64,000 nucleotides of DNA. Source: Planctomycetales bacterium (GTDB lineage Bacteria; Planctomycetota; Planctomycetia; Pirellulales; Lacipirellulaceae). Each line of letters starts with the position of its first letter. Positions within the stretch are counted from its first letter, which is position 1. Of the stretch, positions 56,429 through 64,000 are shown piece after piece. A program made the position numbers and the translations under genes. The DNA is taken from contig JAGQOU010000338.1 of NCBI GenBank assembly GCA_020427145.1, positions 1,406-65,405 on the forward strand. Reading direction: 5' to 3'. The notes below the pieces were generated by a model that did not search any database, was not told where the DNA came from, and saw only the letters and a list, made by a program, of their open reading frames with translations.

Positions 56429-58806
56429 CAGTGAGATTCCTCCTCGGCCGCTCCGGGGGAGCGAGCGTATTGAAAGGGCGTGCTCTTGACGATCGCCAGC
56501 GTCAACGCTGAAAAGCGATCGTCGCCCTGGGCGGCTACCGCCGCGATCTGCTCCACCGCGCAATGGTCGTAGTGCTCCAGCCCCCGCGCCAACGCAAAGG
56601 TGAGCAGCTTCTCCGTCAACGCCGTTCGGAAGTCGTCGAAACGGTCCAATAGCAGCGATCGCAGGCCAACCGGTCCTTGAAACTCCGTACCGTCGGGCAA
56701 CGAGCCCTTATCGTCAATCGGCTGGCCGGCGTCGGAATCGCGCAACCGGCCGAGAGCGTCGAAACGCTCCAGTGCAAAACCGAGCGGATCCATGTTGACG
56801 TGACACGATGCGCAACCGGGTTGGCTGCGATGCGCTTCGAGGCGCTCGCGCAGCGTCCCGGCGGGTTGCGTCGGATCGTGCTCCGGCAAGGGCGGTACGT
56901 TCGGCGGCGGCGGGGGAGGCTCGTCGCCCAACAAATTGGCGAGAATGTACTTGCCACGCACCACGGGCGACGTGCGATTGGGATGGCTGCTCACGGCCAG
57001 CGCACTAGCCAAGCCGAGCACGCCGCCCCGACCCTGGTTGCGTTGCTGGTCGCTGAGCGGCACGCGGCGGAACTCCGGCCCCGCGACGCCCTCGATCCCG
57101 TAGTGCCGGGCGAGTCGCTCGTTGAGGTACGTGAAATCGGCATCGAGAAAAGTGCGAATCGGCAGATCGTTGCGGACGATCTCCAAGGCGAACTCTTCGG
57201 TCTCCTGTCTCATCGCCGCGCGGAGTCCCTCGTCGAATTCGGGAAAGATTTGCGGGTCGGGACTCAATGTCTGTAACTGGCGGGTTTCGAGCCATTGTCC
57301 GGCGAAGCTCGTCGCCAAGTGCCTGGCCCGCTCGTCGTGCAACATCCGCGGCACCTGGGCGTCGAGTTCGCTGCGCAGTCGCCCGGCCGCCGCGAGTTGC
57401 AGCAACGTTCGGTCCGGCGTCGATCCCCAGAGGAAGTAACTCAATCGCGCCGCGAGTTCGAACTCGTCGACCTGGATCGCTTCGCCCGGGGGCGTCCCCG
57501 CCGGGACGTTCCCCAACAGCAGAAATCGGGGCGAGACCAACACCGCCTGCAGCGCCACCTGCATCGCTCGTTGGTAGCTGCCCCCGTCGTGTCGCACTTG
57601 TTCGAGAATCTGCAGCAACCGATCCACCTCGCCGGGCTCCACGGGCCGCCGCCAGGCGAGCGGCAAGAACTCGCGCCATTGTCCCGCGGCGATCTCGCGC
57701 CACCCGGCGCCAGATTGCCATTGCTCGGGGGCGGGCGTCTCCTTGAGCAGATTGTCGCGCGTCGCCGCGGGGGCCTGCTCCGCGAAATGGTGTGGTCCGG
57801 TGACCGACAGACTGTGAACGATGAGGTTGCGATCTCTCGCCGCGGGATCGCCCGCCTGCGGATTGTAATAGTCATTGAGAAAAGCGACGCCCAGTTCCAC
57901 CGTGGCGCCAGCGGCCAGATCAACCAGTACGGTGAAGTGATCAAACTCGTCGGCGTCCGCGCACACGTCGCACTCCAGCACCTGCCGACCGCCAGACTGC
58001 AGCGACATCCGCACGGGCTCGTCGCCCGCCTGTTCGCCGGCAACGACGGCGCACAATGCGTACTGACCGCTCTCTGGCGGCGTGAATTGGGCGGTCGCGG
58101 TCGCGCGGGTGTAGAGCCTCCTCCCCGCACCGCCGTCATGCACAGCCACGCCTGGGCCTTGGCTGAGGGCCATCGGCGCGCCTTGGTCGGGCAGGTTTTC
58201 CGGAGCGGGCACCGCCTGTTCGGCAATCTGCTCCGCGGCCGTGAGATACTTCTCGACCAACGCTGGCGACAAACTCAATACATTGGCGTTGTTGTCGAAC
58301 CCGTAGGCGAGCTCGTCGGGCGGGAAGAGTTCCGCCACGGCAAAGTCGACGCCCAGCAAATCGCGAATCGTGTTGCGATACTGCTCGCGGTTGAGCCTGC
58401 GCAGCGGAACGCGCCCTGGCTCAAGCTCGCCGGTGCAGTCGACTTGATCGAGCCGCGTTTGCAGCCACGCGATCAAGTCTTCTCGCTCCGCTGCGGCGGG
58501 CTGAGGCATCTCCTCGGGCGGCATGTCGCCGGCGCGAAGCCGCCGGACGACGTCGAGCCACCGCTGGCGATCCTGTTGAAAGTCGTCGCCGCCCTGAAGG
58601 CGATCGACAGCGAGCCCTGACTCGGCGTCATCGCCGGCGTGACAGTCGCCGCAATAGGTTGCCAACAGCGGACCGGCGAACGACTCGTACGCCGGCAACG
58701 GCTCAAGCGGCGCTTCCGCAACGGCCCCGTGAGAAATCAACCCTGCGATCGCCAACGCCAGCGCCCCAAGAGCGGCGTTGGCGCCGCGACTGTTCGTGTC
58801 GTGCAT
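56428..58806 (-). CDS. DUF1592/DUF1595/DUF1587/DUF1588/DUF1585-family protein with N-terminal CxxCH motif
   Basis: Start probably the ATG at 58806 (signal-like ALGALALAIAGLISHGAVA); the ORF track starts at 58914. YCGDCHAG heme-like motif. LSYFLWGSTPD, NERLARHYGI, RTSPVVRGKYI and CASCHVNMDPLGFALE blocks. Canonical partner of DUF1501 in Planctomycetota. Confidence 0.9.
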   Translation of the reverse strand: MHDTNSRGANAALGALALAIAGLISHGAVAEAPLEPLPAYESFAGPLLATYCGDCHAGDDAESGLAVDRLQGGDDFQQDRQRWLDVVRRLRAGDMPPEEMPQPAAAEREDLIAWLQTRLDQVDCTGELEPGRVPLRRLNREQYRNTIRDLLGVDFAVAELFPPDELAYGFDNNANVLSLSPALVEKYLTAAEQIAEQAVPAPENLPDQGAPMALSQGPGVAVHDGGAGRRLYTRATATAQFTPPESGQYALCAVVAGEQAGDEPVRMSLQSGGRQVLECDVCADADEFDHFTVLVDLAAGATVELGVAFLNDYYNPQAGDPAARDRNLIVHSLSVTGPHHFAEQAPAATRDNLLKETPAPEQWQSGAGWREIAAGQWREFLPLAWRRPVEPGEVDRLLQILEQVRHDGGSYQRAMQVALQAVLVSPRFLLLGNVPAGTPPGEAIQVDEFELAARLSYFLWGSTPDRTLLQLAAAGRLRSELDAQVPRMLHDERARHLATSFAGQWLETRQLQTLSPDPQIFPEFDEGLRAAMRQETEEFALEIVRNDLPIRTFLDADFTYLNERLARHYGIEGVAGPEFRRVPLSDQQRNQGRGGVLGLASALAVSSHPNRTSPVVRGKYILANLLGDEPPPPPPNVPPLPEHDPTQPAGTLRERLEAHRSQPGCASCHVNMDPLGFALERFDALGRLRDSDAGQPIDDKGSLPDGTEFQGPVGLRSLLLDRFDDFRTALTEKLLTFALARGLEHYDHCAVEQIAAVAAQGDDRFSALTLAIVKSTPFQYARSPGAAEEESH

Positions 58807-59290
58807 GGTAGTGACGCTGCCAGGAACAAAGTTCGCGGGCCATCGCTGCGCGATCCGCGCAACGTGCAAGACGCACCTACCACTATACGGCCACCGATAC
58901 GGCCCCGTAAACATGACGGAAGATTGCCTGAATTACCTCGCCGCAGACCACGAACTCGAATTCGCGTGGTTTTTCATCGCAGAGACGCACGCCGCGCTCA
59001 TCAGCCTCACTTCGCGATGAGCCATATTGCGATTCAATCTCTCCCATAGCGTGAAATCAGACACATTTCACGCGAGCGCGAGTCGCTGCGACGCGAATGC
59101 GTAGCCGAGATCGGACGGCCCGTCGCTGCCGCGATTCGGGGAAAAACTCATTGTTCGCACGTCTTCGCGCAATCTGAACAACGGAGCGAGCGGGCAAACG
59201 ATGCGAAACGTCGCTCGCGGCGCCAACGGTCGCTGTCGATGCGCGTCACGCATGGGCGTGGGGGCAAGTACGCTACCCTGCTGGCTGGCG

Positions 59291-60589
59291 TCACGTCGAC
59301 GCGGGATGCCGTGCCTTGCCCCGACTGGGGATCATCCGGCGCAGTCGATCCGATGCGAACGGGCGGGACACCTCGTCCGCATCAGTCCGACTCTCTCGTA
59401 AGGCCCAGCTGCCAGCTGCCAACGCCGCCAGAACCGACCACGAGGCGTAACTCCGTTCTCGTTCAGCCACAGGACTCACGGGGCCCGCCACGCCAGTCCA
59501 TGCGGCGAAGGCGGTGTCGCGTTCCGCGGTTGCGGCTTGATGCGAGTCCGTCTCGCCCTGCGCAGCGACGGATTCCGAACGCTCAACGCGCCCCGTGCGA
59601 ACCGTCGCCAGTGCGGGTTGAATCACTGTCGGCGATGCAATCTCCGCGGTTGCGCTACGGTGCGCGGACTCGCTCTCCCGCGAAGCCGTTGGAACCTGGT
59701 GGTTCGCTGGCTGGGTCTCGTGAGCATCAGCAAGAGATCGCGGCGCCGCGGCGGCGGCACGAAGCCGCGTCACGCGGGCTTCGACGAATGCGTCGGCGGG
59801 TTGGTCGACCGACGACAACGGCTCAACGTCGTGAACCTCATCAGCGCGGGCACGCGCTGGACCGCCGGACGCGATCGGCGGGGTCTCAGCGGCCGCGACC
59901 TCAAACGCCGCTTCGCGTCCCTGCGACGTCGTGAGACGCGGCAATGCGTTTCGCTTTGGCGCCTCCGAACCGCGGTGCATGTCAACGGGTTCGCGCTCCG
60001 TCAGATGCTGAGAATGTTCCCGCAAATCGACGAACGGCCCGGACAAGGACGCCAACGCCTCAGCCACGGGAATCTCGTTGGGCGCCTGCGGCAGAACGCC
60101 CGGCGTGGGAATGGTGGTTACGGACGCCGGAAACCAGCCGTAGAGACTGCCGTCCGAATCAAACGCCAGGTTCAGGGCGTGTCCGTCTACAGTCAAAGAA
60201 TAAAGCAGTTGGTCAGCGCTATAGTTATGGTTGTCGAAGAAGGAGACAACGGAGCCCGATACGCGCAACCGCTCCACAACATCCCCATCAGCCAACGCTA
60301 GGTCAGAGGCGGTGAGAGCGCTTTGAATGTCGATAGAACCTTGAGTCGTCGCCGAAGCGTCGAATCCTGCAAATACAATCGCCGACGCTGCCGCAGCGGG
60401 CTCGCGCAATTGCAGACGCAAAGCCGTCAAGTCAATCGACGTCGCGAGATCGCCGCTGGACGGAATGGTCGCCGACAATGTTGTTGCCAACGCCAGACGG
60501 TCTTCGCATTGTTCAAATGCAAGCCGGCGGCGCGAATCGCCGCTCGGAAGGTCACGGCGACGCTTACGTGCGATACGCCAATTCTTCAT
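59291..60589 (-). CDS. Hypothetical exported protein translationally coupled to the Ser/Thr kinase
   Basis: The ATG at 60589 overlaps the kinase TGA (ATGA). 432 aa. N-terminal basic stretch + SRRRLAFEQCEDRLALA motif. Middle beta-rich region. Long acidic/Ala-rich disordered half. Hydrophobic YASWSVLAALAAGSWAL near the C-terminus. Confidence 0.6.
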   Translation of the reverse strand: MKNWRIARKRRRDLPSGDSRRRLAFEQCEDRLALATTLSATIPSSGDLATSIDLTALRLQLREPAAAASAIVFAGFDASATTQGSIDIQSALTASDLALADGDVVERLRVSGSVVSFFDNHNYSADQLLYSLTVDGHALNLAFDSDGSLYGWFPASVTTIPTPGVLPQAPNEIPVAEALASLSGPFVDLREHSQHLTEREPVDMHRGSEAPKRNALPRLTTSQGREAAFEVAAAETPPIASGGPARARADEVHDVEPLSSVDQPADAFVEARVTRLRAAAAAPRSLADAHETQPANHQVPTASRESESAHRSATAEIASPTVIQPALATVRTGRVERSESVAAQGETDSHQAATAERDTAFAAWTGVAGPVSPVAERERSYASWSVLAALAAGSWALRESRTDADEVSRPFASDRLRRMIPSRGKARHPAST

Positions 60590-63492
60590 GACTGCTCTCC
60601 TAACTTCGCCAAGAGCTTTGCGTCGAGCCGGGTACGCACCGCCGCTGGCAAGGCGTCGCGGGGCAGCGGTCCGTCGGCCGCGGACCACGCTTCGATTGCC
60701 GCGGTCAAGGTCGTGGCCGCCTCGGCCAGTATAGCGTCCCGCGCGCGGTTGCCGTCCTCACCGCCGGCAAGCTCGTCGGCCGCCTCGGCCATCGCCAGGG
60801 CCATGGCATACAACGCGGGACCGTCGCCCTGCCACAACTCGCGCTGCTCGATCAACGCGGCCGCCGCGTCGCCGGAGCGACCGGCCGCCCGCAGACAGCG
60901 GACGTAGTTCGCGTAGTGCTTGCTCAGATAGTCATGGAACTGGCGCCGCTGGCCCGATTCGCTCCAAGCGGTGCGCTGCCGCGCAATCGCCGCCTCGTAG
61001 CGTCCGATCGCCGCCGCCCAGTCGCCAGCCGCCTCGTCCGCCATCGCCTGATTGTTGAGCACCCCGGCCAGCGCGCTGGCAAACCGCGTCTCCGCGGGAT
61101 AGTCGCGCACCAGTTCGTCCAGCAGCGCGATCGCTCGCTCGAACGCTTCCCGCGCACGCTGCGGCGCTCCGGAGCGCGTCTCCGCCTGGCCAAGATTGTT
61201 GAGCGTGACTGCCAAGTCGCTGCGATGTTGCACGACCGCCGGGGCCTGCCGCATGAGCGTCTCCTGAATGGCGGCCGCGTCGCGCAACGAAACGACCGCC
61301 GCTGCGCCGTCGTCCAAATGGCCCTGAATGGCGCCCAGGTTGTTCAAACACAACGCCAGGTCGGCTTGATACGTGGAGACGGCCGCCGATTCGCCGGCGG
61401 CCGAATCGACCAGTTCGCTGAGCACGGCGATCGCACGCTCGCACGAACGGCGCGCCGCGGCGAAGTCGCCCGGCTGCTGGACGAAGCTGTGATTATTCAG
61501 CGCGAGCGCCAAATCATATTTCGCGTCAGCCAGTTCGGGATCGCCAGCGACGACGCGCTCCAGCGTTTCGATAGCAGCCGCCAAATCGGCCTGCGCAGCC
61601 GCGTCGTCCCCCTGGCGTCGTGACAAGAGGCCGCGATTGGCTAGAATCTGGGCGAGTTGCCTGTGGCTTGCGGCGTCGGCGGGAGCGTTCCTGACCAGCG
61701 CCTCCTGCAATGCGGCGGCGCGCGTGTAGCAGCGTCCCGCCTGCTCGTTGTCGCCGTGCTCGGCGTACAACAGGCCCAAACTGTTCCAGCAGGCCGCTTG
61801 CTGCTGGCGATAATCCCCAGCCTCGTCGCCCTGGTCCGCCAGTTGGCCAAAGGCCTCGCTGGCGGCGCGCAGATACTGCTCGGCCGCGTCAAAATCGCCC
61901 AATCGCCCGGCGACCATGCCGGCCTGATACTGCGTGGTCGCCAACTCGGCCGTCAATTGCGAATCGCTCACCGCTTGGGCGATGAAATTGCGGTAATACT
62001 CCAGCGTGTCGGCCAGCACCGCGCGTCGCAGCGGCTCGCTGCCGGGGAGTCGTTCCAGTTCGCGCACAAACTGCCCGCCGAAGCGGTCCACGACGCGGCG
62101 GGCTTGGTCCAGGCTCGCCTGGGCGTCGGCCAGCGCGGCGGCGGTGCGGGCTTGTTCGCTCGATAGCAGTACCGCCCCGGTCGTGGACAACACGGCGACG
62201 ACGGCCACGAAACCTCCCAGCGCCGTCGCGGCAACGCGATGCCGGCGAACCAACTTGCTTGCGCGGTCAACCAGCGTGGGCCGGCGGGCATGCGTCGGCT
62301 TGCTGGCGAGGAACCGTCGCAGATCGGCCGCCAACTCGCCTGCCGTCGCGTAGCGATCCTCGCGGGACTTGGCCAGCGCGTGCATCACGACAGTCTCCAG
62401 GTCGATCGGCGTCTCGGCCGCCAGTTCGCGCAAGCGGCGCGGCTCACGCGCAATCACGGCCTGGGTCACTTCTCGGCGGTCGTCGCCGGGAAACGCCGGC
62501 TCCAGGGCGAGCAGTTCGTAAAGAGTCGCCCCCAACGAGTAAACGTCCGTCCGCGCGTCGACGAGCGCCTGATGGCCGGCAGCCTGTTCGGGACTCATGT
62601 AGCGCAGCGTGCCCACGACGTCGCCGGTCGCCGTGACGCCCGGGTCGCCCTGAATGCGAGCGAGACCGAAGTCAGTGATCCACACCCGGTTTCGCTCGTC
62701 GAGCAACAGGTTTGACGGCTTCACGTCGCGATGGATCACGCCGCAATCGTGGGCGTACTGCAAGGCGTCGGCGGCCTGAGCGCCGAGTTCCGCCACCGCG
62801 CGGCAGTAATCGCGCACGCAGCCGCGACGCGCGGCGCCCAGCTGCGTGGAACTGAGGACCGAGTTGGGCGACGAGTCGGCCGCCGGCGCAGTCGTTCCGC
62901 CCGGACCCGCCGTTTCGGCGCTGCGCAGCGCGGCGGCTCGGCGCAACTCGAGAATCAGCCGATCGAGCGACTGACCCTGCACCAGTTGCATCGCATAGAA
63001 GTGGACGCCCCGCTCCTGGCCGACGCCGAACACGGGCACAATGTGCGGGTGATGCAATTGCGCAGCGGCACGGGCCTCGTTCTGAAATCGCGTCAGCTGC
63101 TTGCGGTCCCACATCGCGGCAAACGGCAATACCTTTAGCGCGACGCGACGCGTGAGCGAAATCTGTTCCGCCTCGTACACGACGCCCATGCCGCCGCGGC
63201 CCAACTCGCGGACAATGCGATAATCACCCAGGCGACTTTCCGGCGACGCGACGCTGGGGCCGCGCGTCGCGTCCTCGGGCGTCGCAGCGCCTTGCGCGGC
63301 GCGATGCAGTTGCTCGATACTGCGAGCAAACTCGCGAATATCCGCCGCCAGCGCAGGATGGGCCGCCGCCAGGGCGTCAATATCAAGCGGCGCCCCCGCC
63401 TCCAACGAGACAAGATACTCGTCGAGTAGCGTCGCGAGTCGCTCATCGACTGGGTGATCGATCGTGGTCGACGCCCCGGGTGCGCGATTCAT
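60586..63492 (-). CDS. Ser/Thr protein kinase with TM segment and large TPR repeat domain
   Basis: Start at the ATG at 63492, overlapping the sigma-factor TGA (ATGA). Kinase subdomains GRGGMGVVYEA, ALKVL, HRDVKPSNLLLD, DFGLA and SPEQ. TM segment ALGGFVAVVAVLSTTGAVLL. About 10 TPR-like units with recurring LNNLG / L.NRG helices. Confidence 0.9.
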   Translation of the reverse strand: MNRAPGASTTIDHPVDERLATLLDEYLVSLEAGAPLDIDALAAAHPALAADIREFARSIEQLHRAAQGAATPEDATRGPSVASPESRLGDYRIVRELGRGGMGVVYEAEQISLTRRVALKVLPFAAMWDRKQLTRFQNEARAAAQLHHPHIVPVFGVGQERGVHFYAMQLVQGQSLDRLILELRRAAALRSAETAGPGGTTAPAADSSPNSVLSSTQLGAARRGCVRDYCRAVAELGAQAADALQYAHDCGVIHRDVKPSNLLLDERNRVWITDFGLARIQGDPGVTATGDVVGTLRYMSPEQAAGHQALVDARTDVYSLGATLYELLALEPAFPGDDRREVTQAVIAREPRRLRELAAETPIDLETVVMHALAKSREDRYATAGELAADLRRFLASKPTHARRPTLVDRASKLVRRHRVAATALGGFVAVVAVLSTTGAVLLSSEQARTAAALADAQASLDQARRVVDRFGGQFVRELERLPGSEPLRRAVLADTLEYYRNFIAQAVSDSQLTAELATTQYQAGMVAGRLGDFDAAEQYLRAASEAFGQLADQGDEAGDYRQQQAACWNSLGLLYAEHGDNEQAGRCYTRAAALQEALVRNAPADAASHRQLAQILANRGLLSRRQGDDAAAQADLAAAIETLERVVAGDPELADAKYDLALALNNHSFVQQPGDFAAARRSCERAIAVLSELVDSAAGESAAVSTYQADLALCLNNLGAIQGHLDDGAAAVVSLRDAAAIQETLMRQAPAVVQHRSDLAVTLNNLGQAETRSGAPQRAREAFERAIALLDELVRDYPAETRFASALAGVLNNQAMADEAAGDWAAAIGRYEAAIARQRTAWSESGQRRQFHDYLSKHYANYVRCLRAAGRSGDAAAALIEQRELWQGDGPALYAMALAMAEAADELAGGEDGNRARDAILAEAATTLTAAIEAWSAADGPLPRDALPAAVRTRLDAKLLAKLGEQS

Positions 63493-64000
63493 GGCGTCTC
63501 CCCGGCAGTTTCGCTCGCGTCGATCATCCGCTCGCGCAGTTCGCGAATCGCCCGCAGCCAGATCATGCGCACCGCGCCAGCCGATCGCTCCATATGTTGC
63601 CCAATGGCCTCGAACGGCAAGCTCTGCAAATGTCGCAGGACGATCACCTCGCGATAGTCCGCAGGCAGGGACGCCAGGCAATTGGCCAAGGCCAGTTGCT
63701 GCTCGTTCTGCTGCAGTCGCGCGCTGGGCGACGCGATGGATTCGGCCAGGATTGAGTCCAGGCGCACCGTCGATTGCTCGAGGGAGTTGGCCACGGCGTC
63801 GAGCGACACCTCGCGGTGCACCGAGCGTTTCGCCGCCAGCACGTGCTGCTCGACGGCTCGGTGGACGTTGTTCACAAGAATTCGCCGCAGCCAGGCGCAG
63901 AACTCGCCGGCCGACGTTCCGCGGAATTGCCCAAAGTCCCGATTGGCCTCCAGAAAAGTCTCCTGCACGACATCCGATGGGCTCAACCGCCGGCGCAGGG
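63489..64000 (-). CDS. ECF-type sigma-70 family factor (5' end outside window)
   Basis: The frame is open to the window edge. Region 2 ..DVVQETFLEANRDFGQFRG....F.AWLRRILVNN. Region 4 LPFEAIGQHMERSAGAVRMIWLRAIRELRE. Confidence 0.85.
   Translation of the reverse strand, partial: LRRRLSPSDVVQETFLEANRDFGQFRGTSAGEFCAWLRRILVNNVHRAVEQHVLAAKRSVHREVSLDAVANSLEQSTVRLDSILAESIASPSARLQQNEQQLALANCLASLPADYREVIVLRHLQSLPFEAIGQHMERSAGAVRMIWLRAIRELRERMIDASETAGETP

Overview
High-GC bacterial chromosome segment, almost certainly Planctomycetota (Pirellulales-like). This is inferred from two DUF1559 pilin-like H-X9-DG proteins, a DUF1592-family/DUF1501 gene pair, DUF1080 + Tat-dependent Gfo/Idh/MocA, DUF1571, an ECF sigma coupled to a Ser/Thr kinase, and six PEP-CTERM proteins. 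About 47 CDS and one tRNA-Val(TAC) are supported; I saw no rRNA, CRISPR array, transposase or integrase. Core blocks: skp-lpxC-lpxA-oxidoreductase (14.1-18.0 kb), lysS, lolC/E-lolD, ilvE. Accessory blocks: 3-10 kb (DUF1559, PQQ-propeller lipoprotein, PL4 rhamnogalacturonan lyase, discoidin protein) and a roughly 22 kb surface/exoprotein island starting right after tRNA-Val (33.3-55 kb). That island encodes modular exoproteins: a beta-helix repeat protein, an FGE-sulfatase-like protein, a lipase-like hydrolase, a 1539-aa CotH/LTD giant, a 3x discoidin protein and an 1199-aa malectin-like/discoidin/sugar-dehydrogenase giant. It also carries its own ECF sigma/anti-sigma pair. The most interesting signals: (i) a recurring composite C-terminal tag (dockerin-like Ca-loop + W-x3-FG helix + PEP-CTERM), which is mutually exclusive with an N-terminal RR..LE.LE.R.LL(A/S) motif found on the giants; (ii) a ~150-aa discoidin-like module present 7 times in 4 genes; (iii) an ECF sigma/anti-sigma pair upstream of the CotH giant; (iv) a translationally coupled ECF sigma - STK(TPR) - unknown exported protein operon at the right edge; (v) a 1.46 kb gene-free region; and several small repeat families. 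All domain calls come from reading the translations by eye; no searches were run.
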